Source: an uncultured Acidimicrobiia bacterium
Lineage (GTDB): Bacteria > Acidobacteriota > Vicinamibacteria > Vicinamibacterales > UBA2999
Assembly: GCA_963784445.1 (NCBI GenBank)
Contig: CAWARO010000003.1
Span: forward strand, 669,276-733,275
Length of the DNA stretch: 64,000 nucleotides
Direction: 5' to 3'
Every line of letters starts with the position of its first letter. The stretch's first letter is position 1. The notes under the pieces were generated by a model that was not told the origin of the DNA, ran no database searches, and saw only the letters and a list, made by a program, of their open reading frames with translations. This document shows positions 29,344 through 40,656 of the stretch, piece after piece. The position numbers were made by a program, and so were the translations under genes.

Positions 29344-29725
29344 CGACGACCAGCGTGCCTTTCATCTCTTCGTGGCCTTCGCCGCAATACTCGGAGCAGA
29401 GTATCGGATACTCGCCGGGCGCGGACGCGACGAAATCGATCGTCACCTTGTCCCCGCCGCGGGGAATTTTCTTGTTCACTCTGAATTTCTTGATCTCCAG
29501 CCCGTGGACGCCGTCTTCGGAAGTGACGACGAGGCGAATGCGTTCGCCTTCCTTCACTTCCACACGGGCCGGTTCAAAGCTGAATCGTTTCGCCACGACG
29601 GGAATTTCTCGTGGCGCAGAAGCCGCGGCGGGGTCCTGCTGGTGAGACATCGCTGCCGCCCCCAACAAGAGCGCCGTCCCCGCCGCGGCAACTGAATCAG
29701 CAATAAAGGTCAGTCGAACGATCAC
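29324..29725 (-). CDS. stand-alone CuA-type cupredoxin domain protein
   Basis: 133 aa. Signal/anchor segment, then HGLEI...CSEYCGEGHEEM, which matches the CuA ligand pattern H...CxExCx3Hx2M. Confidence 0.7.
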   Translation of the reverse strand: MIVRLTFIADSVAAAGTALLLGAAAMSHQQDPAAASAPREIPVVAKRFSFEPARVEVKEGERIRLVVTSEDGVHGLEIKKFRVNKKIPRGGDKVTIDFVASAPGEYPILCSEYCGEGHEEMKGTLVVVAKDPR

Positions 29726-29740
29726 TTGTTCACCTATTAA

Positions 29741-29755
29741 GCAAGGGTGATGCCG
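29741..29755 (-). promoter_or_regulatory. candidate sigma54 -24/-12 promoter
   Basis: The minus strand reads CGGCAT-CACCC-TTGCT (consensus TGGCAC-N5-TTGCW) with GG and GC correctly spaced. It is only ~16 nt from the GTG start, which is a weak point. Confidence 0.3.
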
Positions 29756-29834
29756 GGCGTAAGTGTCGTAAGGACGCGGCTTTCCGGATGTTTTGCGGCA
29801 CGGCCAGCGTAAGCATTTACGCTGCCCGTAAGGG

Positions 29835-31198
<1,364 letters not shown>

Positions 31199-31199
<1 letters not shown>

Positions 31200-32944
31200 T
31201 AGTCTTCGGATCTTGCGGGGGCATCGCCGAGCTCGATCCTGAAATCGGTGCCCGCGCCCGCCCGGCTGGTGACGCCAATCGCGCCGCCCATGGCCTCGAC
31301 GATGTTCTTGGCAATGGCGAGGCCGAGCCCGGTGCCGGCCCGCCGTGTCGTGAAGTATGGATCGAAGATGCGCGACAGATCATCCTCCGCGATGCCCTTG
31401 CCGGTATCGCGGATGGTGATCGCCACGCGCCGATCACCGGCCGCCTCCGTGATCAAGGTGACGCCCGCATTGGGACGGCCCTCGACCGCGTGATGCGCGT
31501 TCATGATCAGGTTGATGAGCACGGTGCGGAGGCGCTCGCCGTCGGTGACGAGGTCGGGTAGCGCCGGCGCCAGCTCGATCTGCACCGAGCCACTCTCGTG
31601 GCCCGCCACAGCCGCCTGCACCGCAGCGCGGCACACCGCGTTGATGTCGGTCGGCGTCGGATCAAACCGGATTGGCCGGGCCACGTCGAGCACGTCGTTG
31701 ACGAGGCTATTCAGCCGATCGATCTCCTCATCGATGTCTTTCGCGGCGTCGCGCACGTCGGCCGCGCTCGCGCCGTCGCGCGCCAGCGTCCGCAGCGCGC
31801 CCTTGATGATCATCAGCGGGTTGCGGACTTCATGGGCGATCACCGTGGACAGGCGGCCGAGCGACGACAGCCGTTCGCGCTGCGCCGCGTCGCGCTGAAA
31901 GCGCACCACCGAATCGGTCAGCATGTTGAACGTCGTCGCCAGCATGTGCGCGTCGTCGTCGTCCCACCCGGCCTGGTTTTTCGTCGGCAGCTTGCGCGTG
32001 AGATCGCCAGTGGCGGCGATTTGCCGCATGTGATCAGTGATCGACGCCAGCGGCCGCGTAATGGTGCGGGCCACGCCGTAGCTGACGACGATGGCGAGCA
32101 GCGTGGCGCCGAGGGCAATACCCGCGAGTGCGGCTTGAATGGTGCCCAGCGTGCGGAGCCGCTCGCTCCGCGATCGCATGATGATCGCCGCCGGCGCACC
32201 AGTGTTATGAACCGTGCCGAGCGGCTGCGTCGTCGCCACGTATTCTTCGCCGCCAATCACGATGTGTGTGGGACCGGGAATGTTCAATAACGCCGCGAGG
32301 GCCGCGTGCGAGCCGGGCCCGAGAGTGGAGGCGCGCACCACGCCGCCCATGGCAAAGGCGATGTCGGCGCCGGTGAGGGCCTTGAACTGCGCCGCGCGCC
32401 GATCGTCGAGCAGCGTGCCGATGGTCAGGACGCCGAGCACCTCGGGCCGCTCGAGGCCGAGCGTCACCGGCACACTTACCACTTCGAGCACGCCCCTCGG
32501 ATGCAGCCAGAACGCCGGCGTGAGCTTGGCATACACCGCCGCGGTCACGTCTTCAGGGATCTCCGCGACCGGACGCGAGACGGTTTCGCCAACCAGCGCC
32601 AGCTGCTCACCGCGCCGGCCATGGACGAGCAGCAGATCCGCCCCGGCCTGCATGCGGTAGTCGGCCGCGATCGGCTCAGCGGTCGGCCGGTCGGCGAGCT
32701 CGACCACGGCCTTGAACTTCGGCAGATCGGCGATCAGCCGCGCGGTGCGCGCGACGTTTTCGAATTGCGTCTGCCGCTGATCGTTGACGAGCGTGGCCGC
32801 TTCCGTGAGGTCGCTGTGCAGCTCGGCTTCGGTCTGCGTGGTCAGGCGCGCGCTGACGAAATACACCGCGGCGCCGATCGACAGCATCGCCAGCAGGGCG
32901 CTGGCCAGGAAGATGCGGTTGGTGATCGAGCCCAGGACGCGCAT
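31199..32944 (-). CDS. sensor histidine kinase (periplasmic sensor, HAMP, HisKA, HATPase)
   Basis: 581 aa. H-box HEVRNPL and G-box GTGLGLAIAK. Overlaps both neighbouring genes. Confidence 0.9.
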
Positions 32945-33615
32945 CAGGGCACGACGAGGTCGAGTTCCGCCCAGCCACCCGGCGGCACGATCACCGGTCG
33001 CGTGAGGCGCGCCTCACCTTCGTACCAACCGACCAGCGTGTAGGTGCCGGCCGGCAGCGACGGCAACTCGAAGCGTCCGTCCTCCGTTGTCACGTCGAAG
33101 TAGGGGTGGTTGAACACGAGCACGAACGCGCTCATGTGCGAATGGATGTCGCAAAACACCCGGACCACGCCGGGGCGATCCATCCGTACGCCCTTCGATT
33201 TCCCCGCGGCGTAGCGGCCGAGGTCAAAGCGCTTGGCACGCGAGAGTGAGAAGACGTTGTGATACGTGAGATCACTGTTGGGAAAGTCGACCACCGTGCC
33301 GACCATCACCGCGAGCACGTGCGGCACGAACCGCTCGTTGCGCTGGTCCATGCTCGCGCGGCCGGGCTCGCGTTCGTCGAACGCGGCCTGCGGCGCGGTT
33401 TCGAGATACACGACGCCGCGGCGCAGGTCGACGACCTCGCGCGGGCCCGCGGCGCCGGCGGAGGCCACATCGGGCCGGCGTTCAACGGGCTTGGCCAGCC
33501 GGCGGATGTCGAGGCGTCCGCGAATGCCGGCGCCCATCTGCGCGGTGAGCGACGCGACGTCCGTGACGGCCACACCCAACGCGAGGCACGCGGTCAGCAG
33601 ACCCCTTAGAACCAA
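32944..33615 (-). CDS. secreted cupredoxin-like protein with type-1-copper-like ligands plus a CarboxypepD_reg-like C-terminus
   Basis: FPNSDLTYHNVFS ... FCDIHSHM gives a His/Cys/His/Met pattern. C-terminal DGRFELPSLPAGTYTLVGW. A TTG start at 33615 is proposed, but the start is uncertain. Confidence 0.6.
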   Translation of the reverse strand: MVLRGLLTACLALGVAVTDVASLTAQMGAGIRGRLDIRRLAKPVERRPDVASAGAAGPREVVDLRRGVVYLETAPQAAFDEREPGRASMDQRNERFVPHVLAVMVGTVVDFPNSDLTYHNVFSLSRAKRFDLGRYAAGKSKGVRMDRPGVVRVFCDIHSHMSAFVLVFNHPYFDVTTEDGRFELPSLPAGTYTLVGWYEGEARLTRPVIVPPGGWAELDLVVP

Positions 33616-34868
33616 TACAGCACCTGTCCCGCGAAGAGCGAGTCGCGGCGCACGCGGCCGCCGTCGCGGTCGTTGCGCTGCCACGAGCCCTTGACCTGGA
33701 TGTTCCGGGTGATCGAATAGCCGACGCCGGTTTCGAACCGCCACGTGCGCGCCTCCCACGTGTCGGGGCCGCGCTCACCGGTGATCCGGCTGAAATCCAG
33801 GCGATCGCCGCGCATCGCCACGTAGAACCCGGGGGCGATCTTGTAGCGGCCCTCGAGCAGCATCGACGTCGCGACCAGCGGTTCGCTGATCTGCAAGGTC
33901 GCGATGGGCGGCATGGTCCACGTCGCGCGGATCGTTTCACCGCGAATCAACAACGGGCCGGCGGAGAACTCGGCGTCGCCGCCGAACGCGACTTGCCGCG
34001 ATCGGTCGCCCGAGTCCTGGCCGGTGAGCGCCGGATCGATATTGCTGTTCAACCACGCGCCGCGCGAGGCCGACGCGCCGAGGGCCAGCGCCGCGGTCGG
34101 GCGCGCTACCAGGCGGCCGGCATACTGGCGGCCGGCGTTGTTGTCGTGGAAGCGCGGATCCGACAGCGACCCCGCGGTCACGGACCCGGTCCACTCGAAC
34201 GTGTGAATGACGCCATGCACCTGGACGCCGGTGTCCCACCGGCTGGTGTTGACCATCGGCAGCCCTGGGGCCTCGACACTGTTGCCAATCGGGAACTCCG
34301 ACAACCAGCCGCGCCCGCGCATGCGCAGCAGGTCGTCATTGATCGCCGGCAGCGCGTCGGGCCGAATCGACATCAGGTATTGATAGGCGAGCGGCTGGCC
34401 GATCAAGATGTTGCTGCTGCCGTAGGCGGTGCGGCTCATCGCGCCGAACGTCGGCGGAACCCGTCCGGCCTGGATGTCGAAGCGCCGCGCCGGCCACGGA
34501 CGGAAGCGGACGAAGAGTCCGTAGGCTTCGAGCACGCGTCCCTGATCGAGACGCACCTCACCGAGGAGTTGCAGGTGATCGTTCGCGCGCACTTCCGCCG
34601 ACACGCCGATGCGCACGTTGCGCAGCGCCGAGAACTCGTAACTCGTGTAGTTGAAGAACCCCGGATCCTCGGGCGCCACGGTCGCGGTGAACTCCCCGCC
34701 GAGCACGAGGTGCCCGCCGGCGAGCGAGATCGGTTCTTCCGGCAACACCTGGGCCGTTGCGGATTCCGCGGCGAACGCCAGCGTCAGGGCCAGGAGCAGC
34801 CCGGCGCATCGTGCCGGCTTGTCCCGCCGAAGCAGCGCAGCTGCGGAGGCGGACGCCATGTGGTGCAT
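33606..34868 (-). CDS. putative outer-membrane porin-like beta-barrel
   Basis: Start at the internal ATG (MHHMASASAAALL..., signal ...AFAAESATAQ). Ends in ...GQVLYWF, an aromatic terminus typical of OM barrels. Confidence 0.55.
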   Translation of the reverse strand: MHHMASASAAALLRRDKPARCAGLLLALTLAFAAESATAQVLPEEPISLAGGHLVLGGEFTATVAPEDPGFFNYTSYEFSALRNVRIGVSAEVRANDHLQLLGEVRLDQGRVLEAYGLFVRFRPWPARRFDIQAGRVPPTFGAMSRTAYGSSNILIGQPLAYQYLMSIRPDALPAINDDLLRMRGRGWLSEFPIGNSVEAPGLPMVNTSRWDTGVQVHGVIHTFEWTGSVTAGSLSDPRFHDNNAGRQYAGRLVARPTAALALGASASRGAWLNSNIDPALTGQDSGDRSRQVAFGGDAEFSAGPLLIRGETIRATWTMPPIATLQISEPLVATSMLLEGRYKIAPGFYVAMRGDRLDFSRITGERGPDTWEARTWRFETGVGYSITRNIQVKGSWQRNDRDGGRVRRDSLFAGQVLYWF

Positions 34869-35613
34869 ATGCAGAAAGTATAATGCGCGCGTGTGGATCG
34901 TCCTCGCCGCGGCGCTCGCCTTCGCGGAGGCGGACGTTGCCGACAAACAGAGCCGCGTCATCACGCTTCCCGCCGGAAAAACCCTGTCGATCGAGGTGAC
35001 GGTCGGCACTGTCCGCATCGAAGGCGCTGATCGCGCCGATGCGGAAATCACGATCGAGCGTCACGCACCGGCCGCGACGCAGTTTGCGCGCCTCCCAATC
35101 GTCATCGACGACACCGCGACGCGCGCCAGCATTCGCGTGACGCAGCTCGACGGCGGCACGGATCCGGCGTTGCGAGCCGACGTGATTGTGCGCGTGCCCC
35201 GCGCCGCGGCGATCGATCGCGTCGAGGTGCTCGAAGGGCGCATCTCGGTGAACCGGTTTGCCGGCACGCTCAACGCCGACATTCGCCGCGGGCCGATTGA
35301 AGGCAAGGATCTTTCGGGAACGCTCCGGCTCGAAAGTGGGGTTGGATCGGTGGTACTGACCGGCGCGCGGCTGTCGGCCGATGGCCTGCTGCGCTTACGT
35401 GCGTTCAACGGCGACGTGCGTCTCACCCTCGCGGAGCGGCCGGCCGACGCGCGGATCATGGCGCTCGCGTTGAACGGTGCGATTGAGTCGGACATTCCGC
35501 TGACGTTGCGCGAGACGTGGGGACCGCGATGGGGCGAGACAACGATCGGCAAAGGCGAGCCGGTCATCTCGCTCGACGTCGTGACCGGCACGGTCGAGAT
35601 CCGCTCACCCTAA
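34858..35613 (+). CDS. secreted beta-strand repeat protein (DUF4097-like)
   Basis: Signal-like VWIVLAAALAFAEA. Repeated G-I/V-R/x-V/I beta-strand motifs. An alternative GTG start lies at 34891. Confidence 0.55.
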   Translation: MWCICRKYNARVWIVLAAALAFAEADVADKQSRVITLPAGKTLSIEVTVGTVRIEGADRADAEITIERHAPAATQFARLPIVIDDTATRASIRVTQLDGGTDPALRADVIVRVPRAAAIDRVEVLEGRISVNRFAGTLNADIRRGPIEGKDLSGTLRLESGVGSVVLTGARLSADGLLRLRAFNGDVRLTLAERPADARIMALALNGAIESDIPLTLRETWGPRWGETTIGKGEPVISLDVVTGTVEIRSP

Positions 35614-35643
35614 ACGCCACGGCCGGAGGCGCGGCAAAGCGAG

Positions 35644-37840
35644 CTATTTTCTTTTCAGTCGCCGCTGCGCTTCGTTGTAACGCGGTGAGTTTTGCGGCAC
35701 CTTCGCGTAGGCGTCTTTCGCTTTCAGGGGATCCTTGAGACGCCGCTCGTAGAGTTCTCCCAGCCGGAAAAACACGTCGCCCGGATTGCTGGCGGCGCCC
35801 GCGCGGGCGCCGATCTCCTCGAACATTTCCGCGGCTTCCTTGTGCCTATCCATATCTTCGAGCATCGTCGCCAGGCGCATGCGCGCCGCCATGGCCTGCG
35901 GCGAGTCCGGGAACTGCACGATGATCTCGCGCAGGGTCGGAATCACCGCCGGCACCTGGATCTTCATCACCGGATCGATCACGCGAAGGTTCTTTTGCGC
36001 GGTCTCCATGCGCAGCTTCTGCTGCAGTGCAATCTGCGCATTGCCGGTACCGGGATAATCACGCGCCACGTCGGCGTACAGCTCGCGCGCCTGCATCAAG
36101 TCGGCGGGTTGCCCCCGCCGCGTCAGAATCTGCGCCCGCCGCAGCTTGCTCTCAGGCGCGCGGCGATCGCGTCCGAACCGGCTCTCGAATTCCACGAACG
36201 CGCCCATCGCCTCATCGGCACGGCCGGTCTTCTCGTAGATGCCGGCGGCGAGGAACGCGGCGTCCGCCGCCGCGGCCGACTGCGGGTATTCGATGATGAT
36301 TTGCCGCAGATCACTCAGGGCCTGATCGTTCAGGTTGTTCGCGATCTTCGCTTTCGCCACGTCAAGGCGTTGCGCCGCTTCCGAATCGCTGGACACGGGG
36401 ATCGGCACCGCACCGGCCGGCGCGGCCTTCGTCGCCGGGCGCGTACCGGTAGGCGACGTTCCGGGGACACCGCTGGCCGGCTTCTGCGTACTCGACCCCG
36501 GCGCGACCTGTCCGCCGGCTTTCGTAGGCGGCGCCACAGGTTGAGTCGCCGCGGGCGGTGTCGGCGCCACGGTCGTGGGTGGCGGCTGAGTGGCTGCCGG
36601 CTGCGTGGTGTCGGCCGGCGGTGGGGTGGCCGGCGAGGTGACTGGTGGCGCCGCGGCCTGTTGCGCCGGCGCGCGTTCACCGTCACGGCTTGCGATGTAG
36701 GCGCCGATGCCGGCGGCGACCGCCGCGATGGCCACCACGGCGGCGCCTGCGCCCCAGAACCACGGCGTCTTCGCCGCGGCACGAATCACCGCCGATGGAT
36801 CGCTGGCGGCGGTGCTCGCCGACACCGACGCCACCGTCGGCGCGTTGCTGATGCCCGAACGCGCGCCGACTTGCGTTTCCGTGGAATTGATCACCACCGT
36901 CGCCGCGTCCATTGGCGAAGTGGCACCCGATCCGGTCGCCGCCATACCGGCCTTGGACGCCGAGTCGCGACGGAGCCGCTTGAGATCCGCGCCGATGTCG
37001 GCCGCGCTTTGATATCGGAGCCCGCGATCCTTCTCGAGCGCTTTCGAGATGATGCGATCAAGCTCGGGGGGAGCATCGCGTTCAGCGTGCTCGGCGGCAC
37101 CGGATCGCGATTCAGAATCCCATCGAACACCACCGCGGTGGTGTGGCCAGGGAAGCTCTGGCGGCCCGTGCACATCTCGTACAACACCACGCCGAACGAG
37201 AACAGGTCGGTGCGTGGATCCACATCGTCGCCACGCGCCTGCTCGGGCAGACATGTACGCGATGGTACCGACCGTGGTGCCGACCGCGCTGGTAAAGTGC
37301 TCAGGCACCACCGTATCGTTCCTCGCGTCCATGCGTCCCGATCGCCGGCGGTATTCCGGCGACAGCTTGGCCAGACCGAAGTCGAGCACCTTCACCGGAC
37401 CGCGGCGCGTAAGGAAAATGTTCCCGGGCTTGACGTCGCGATGGAGGATGCCTTCAGCGTGCGCCGCGTCGAGCGCATCGGCGACCTGAGTGGCGATGTC
37501 GAGCAGGTTCCGCAGCTCGAGCGGACGCCCGGAGAGCCGGCGATCGAGCGGCTCGCCGTCGAGGAGCTCCATGGCGAGATAGAGCTGTCCCCCGTGCTCA
37601 TCGAAGCCGTAGATCGTGCAGATGTTCGGATGGTTCAACGCCGAGGCGGTGCGGGCCTCGCGGCGGAAACGTTCGACGGCTTCATCGGCCGCCGTATTGC
37701 CAGTCGGCAGTACTTTCAGTGCGACCTGGCGCCCGAGCTTCGTGTCCTGGGCGCGGTAGCACGATCCCCATTCCTCCAGCGCCCAGCTGGTCGAGGATCT
37801 TGTAGTGCCCGAGGGTCTGACCGACCAGGGTATTCGACAC
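35644..37840 (-). CDS. Ser/Thr protein kinase with Pro/Ala/Thr-rich linker and C-terminal TPR (BamD/YbgF-like) domain; three frame breaks
   Basis: N-terminus [18 protein letters not shown] is in one frame. [15 protein letters not shown]...[11 protein letters not shown]...DFGLAK is in the main frame. [19 protein letters not shown] lies in the frame of track ORF 36891..37223. Confidence 0.8.
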
Positions 37841-37925
37841 GGCGGAGGTCCATCCTATGCCTGTAACGCCTTGACAGGGAAGGGGGCTAACGGTAGAGTC
37901 AGATTCTGAAACGTCGTTCCACATA

Positions 37926-38687
37926 ATGGAATCTCCGCTTCCTGTCTCCCGTCCGAGCGGTCCCCGCACATCCATCGACAAGGCACTCGAAGTCTGCGAA
38001 GTCCTCAGCGGCATTCCACGAGGAATGAGCCTTTCGGACCTTGCCCGAGCCCTTCGGCAGCCCGCCTCCACCGTCCATCGTCTGCTAGCGGTGCTCAAAC
38101 GCCGCGGATACGTGCGCCAGGACGACGAAACGCAGCGCTATGGGCTGACGCTGAAGATGCTCGACCTGAGTTTTCGGTCGTTAGGGCAGTCGGAGTTACG
38201 GTTGCACGCCTATCCGATCATGCGGGAGTACGTGTTGCGCACACCGTATCGGGGATTCATCGCCATTCCGTCGAGCGGCGAGGTGACTTACGTGTGGAGC
38301 ACCGGACCGGACGAAGTGGCGATGCGCACGGTGTATGGAAAGGAGATGCCGGGTCACTGCGCCATCTATTTTTCACCGCGGCAGGCGACGCGGCGGCTCA
38401 GTTGTCTCCGCCTCGCTACGTCCTCCGAGTTGAGCAAGCCGGAAGCCACGGTGTTGCGGCTGGGTCCGCCGCCCGTCGAGCCGGACGCGCTGCAGCGCTT
38501 GTTCTGCACCTGCGCGCCGGTGCGCGACTACACGGGACAGGAAGTGGCGCGCGTCGGCGTGTTCGGCCACGGTGTGGACGATGCCCCGATTCTGACCGAA
38601 CACCACCGCGGCGCGTGGGACCTCGCGCGCCGCATCTCGATGCGTCTGGGCCACGTCCCGCACAGCGCGCTCGAGAGCACAGCTTGA
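37926..38687 (+). CDS. IclR family transcriptional regulator
   Basis: 253 aa. N-terminal HTH (SIDKALEVCEVLSGIPRGMSLSDLARALRQPASTVHRLL) plus an effector domain. Confidence 0.9.
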   Translation: MESPLPVSRPSGPRTSIDKALEVCEVLSGIPRGMSLSDLARALRQPASTVHRLLAVLKRRGYVRQDDETQRYGLTLKMLDLSFRSLGQSELRLHAYPIMREYVLRTPYRGFIAIPSSGEVTYVWSTGPDEVAMRTVYGKEMPGHCAIYFSPRQATRRLSCLRLATSSELSKPEATVLRLGPPPVEPDALQRLFCTCAPVRDYTGQEVARVGVFGHGVDDAPILTEHHRGAWDLARRISMRLGHVPHSALESTA

Positions 38688-38710
38688 GGTCTTAACTAAC
38701 GAGGATCGCT

Positions 38711-38971
38711 TTGGCTTACATCATTACTGAACCTTGCATTGGAACGAAAGATTCTGCCTGCGTCGACGTGTGCCCGGTGGATTGCATTCATCCGCGCAAG
38801 GACGAGGCCGACCACGAGACGGCGACGCAACTGTACATTCACCCGGACGAGTGCATCGATTGCGGCGCGTGCGTGCCGGCGTGCCCCGTCGAGGCCATCT
38901 TTGCCCTGGATGAGGTGCCGGAAAAGTGGAAGAACTACATCGAGATCAACGCCAACCACTTCCAGAAGTAA
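38711..38971 (+). CDS. fdxA: ferredoxin (7Fe FdxA-type)
   Basis: 86 aa. CIGTKDSACVDVCPVDCI and CIDCGACVPACP cluster motifs. Confidence 0.9.
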   Translation: MAYIITEPCIGTKDSACVDVCPVDCIHPRKDEADHETATQLYIHPDECIDCGACVPACPVEAIFALDEVPEKWKNYIEINANHFQK

Positions 38972-39133
38972 CGGTCGAAAACGGTTGCCACTGGCGACCG
39001 GTTTCCATTTAGAATCGCGCCATGTGGGGAGGGCCTCCCTCCCGGCCTCAGGTGCGCCCCCTGAGCGCACCTTGCGATTCGTGAATGTTTCTAGGCTTCG
39101 CCACTTTTGGCGAAGCGGTTGAAGGAAGGGTTT
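38972..39133 (+). promoter_or_regulatory. structured intergenic region / possible leader with three hairpins
   Basis: Three hairpins: GAAAACGGTTGCC-ACT-GGCGACCGGTTTC, AGGTGCGC-CCCCTGA-GCGCACCT, and GCTTCGCCA-CTTT-TGGCGAAGC. A TTGCCA...TAGAAT promoter-like pair is also present. Confidence 0.3.
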
Positions 39134-40651
39134 ATGCAGACTCGACCTCGCCCGGCGTTGGCGGCCCTCGTGGTGCTGGCAGCGCTGGTTTCCGGCGTGC
39201 AGGGGCGCGCGGACGTCAACGACGCCAACCTCCAGTTCCAGCTCGGCACGCTGCTGTTCGAAGAGACCCGCTACCGCGAGGCGCTCGACGCCTTCCGTAA
39301 GGCGGTCAGGGCCGACTCCAAGTCCGTGTCCGTCCAGGCCCGGATCGGCGTGGTCAAGTCGGCGCTGCGGCTGGGCGAATTCATCGAAGCCCAGAAGGAA
39401 GCGGCCATGCTCAAGCAGCAGGAGCCGCGGAGCGCCGAAGTGATGGCGGTGCACGCCGACGCGCTGTGGTCGGCGGGACTCTTCGACGAGGCGCACCAGG
39501 AATTCAGCGACGCGCTCGCCCTGGTGCCGGACCTGTCGCGCGGCCGCCATGGCCTGGCGCGCGCGCTCGCCTCGCAGAACAAGCTCGATGAAGCGATGAA
39601 CGAAGCGCAGATGGCGTTGAAGCTGTCGCCCCGCGACGAAGAGATTCATCACACGGTCGGCGCGATTTTCGAACGGATGCGGCGCTACGAGCAGGCCGCC
39701 GCGGCCTACGGCAACTACGTCAACCTCCTCCCCAACAAGGATCGGAGCGAAAAGGCGGCGTGGTCGCGCTCGCAGATCCGCTTCCTGCGCTCGTTCGCCG
39801 AGCGCGAGCCGATTGCGATCGACGAAACCGCCGGGCACCTGATTCACACCGTGGATTTCCGCGTCGTCGACGACAAGGTGATCGTCAAGGCGCGCGTCAA
39901 CGGCGGCCGCCCGCAGGACTTCGTGCTCGATACCGGTTCCGAGCTCACCACCATCTCGCGGCAGACCGCATCGAGCGCCGTGGTGCGGCCGATTACCTAC
40001 ACGCTCAGCGCCGGCGTCGGCGAGGTGGGCCTGCGCGGCCTGCAGCTCGGAAGGCTCGACACGCTGGAGATCGGCACGCTCAAGGTGAGCAACGTGCCGG
40101 CGTTGATCAAGGCACCGGCCCTGCGCGGCATTCCCAAGCGCGAGACGGAAAGCTTCTCGCCGCTCGGCCTCGGCCTGTCGATGACTATCGACTACGCCAC
40201 GCACAAGCTGTCGCTGGGGCGGAAGCTCCCGGAGGAGCCGGCCGAGTTCACGCTGCCGATGCGGCATCACCGCCTGTCGATGGTGCGCGGCCTGCTGAAC
40301 GACACGCGGCCGACGTATTTCGTGGTCGACACCGGCGGCGAGGTGATCTCGATCAGCACGGCCACGGCTGAAGAGCTCGATCACGACATGCCGCGCAAGA
40401 TCGCGCTGCGGGTGTACGGCACGTCGGGGTGGGATCGCGATGCGTTCCTGATGCCGGGCGTGAATCTCCGGTTCAACCAGATCAACTACAAGAACTTCGC
40501 GGTGGTGGTGCTGAACCTGCAGGCGCCGAGCGTGCTGCTTGGCTTCCAGGTGGGCGGCATCGTCGGGCACAAGTTCCTGAGCCCGTACCGCGTGACGTTG
40601 GATTTGGAGCGCAGCCAGCTGCGCATGTCGAAGGCCGTCGCCGCTAATTAA
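39134..40651 (+). CDS. secreted TPR protein with two retropepsin-like aspartyl-protease lobes
   Basis: ATG at 39134 follows GGAAGG. Signal peptide, TPR repeats, then FVLDTGSELTTIS and YFVVDTGGEVISIS motifs. Confidence 0.8.
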   Translation: MQTRPRPALAALVVLAALVSGVQGRADVNDANLQFQLGTLLFEETRYREALDAFRKAVRADSKSVSVQARIGVVKSALRLGEFIEAQKEAAMLKQQEPRSAEVMAVHADALWSAGLFDEAHQEFSDALALVPDLSRGRHGLARALASQNKLDEAMNEAQMALKLSPRDEEIHHTVGAIFERMRRYEQAAAAYGNYVNLLPNKDRSEKAAWSRSQIRFLRSFAEREPIAIDETAGHLIHTVDFRVVDDKVIVKARVNGGRPQDFVLDTGSELTTISRQTASSAVVRPITYTLSAGVGEVGLRGLQLGRLDTLEIGTLKVSNVPALIKAPALRGIPKRETESFSPLGLGLSMTIDYATHKLSLGRKLPEEPAEFTLPMRHHRLSMVRGLLNDTRPTYFVVDTGGEVISISTATAEELDHDMPRKIALRVYGTSGWDRDAFLMPGVNLRFNQINYKNFAVVVLNLQAPSVLLGFQVGGIVGHKFLSPYRVTLDLERSQLRMSKAVAAN

Positions 40652-40656
40652 GAACC

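Noticed and set aside
34879-34884. TATAAT box as evidence of a leaderless GTG-started transcript
   Set aside because: A single hexamer in a short AT-richer stretch is insufficient, and leaderless translation usually needs AUG. It is kept only as a note under the divergent-start finding.
35692-37866. 724-aa plus-strand ORF opposite the second kinase gene
   Set aside because: Same high-GC artefact. The minus strand carries clear kinase and TPR motifs.
38696-40570. 624-aa minus-strand ORF opposite fdxA and the TPR/aspartyl-protease gene
   Set aside because: No motifs, extreme Arg/His content, and it overlaps two well-supported plus-strand genes.
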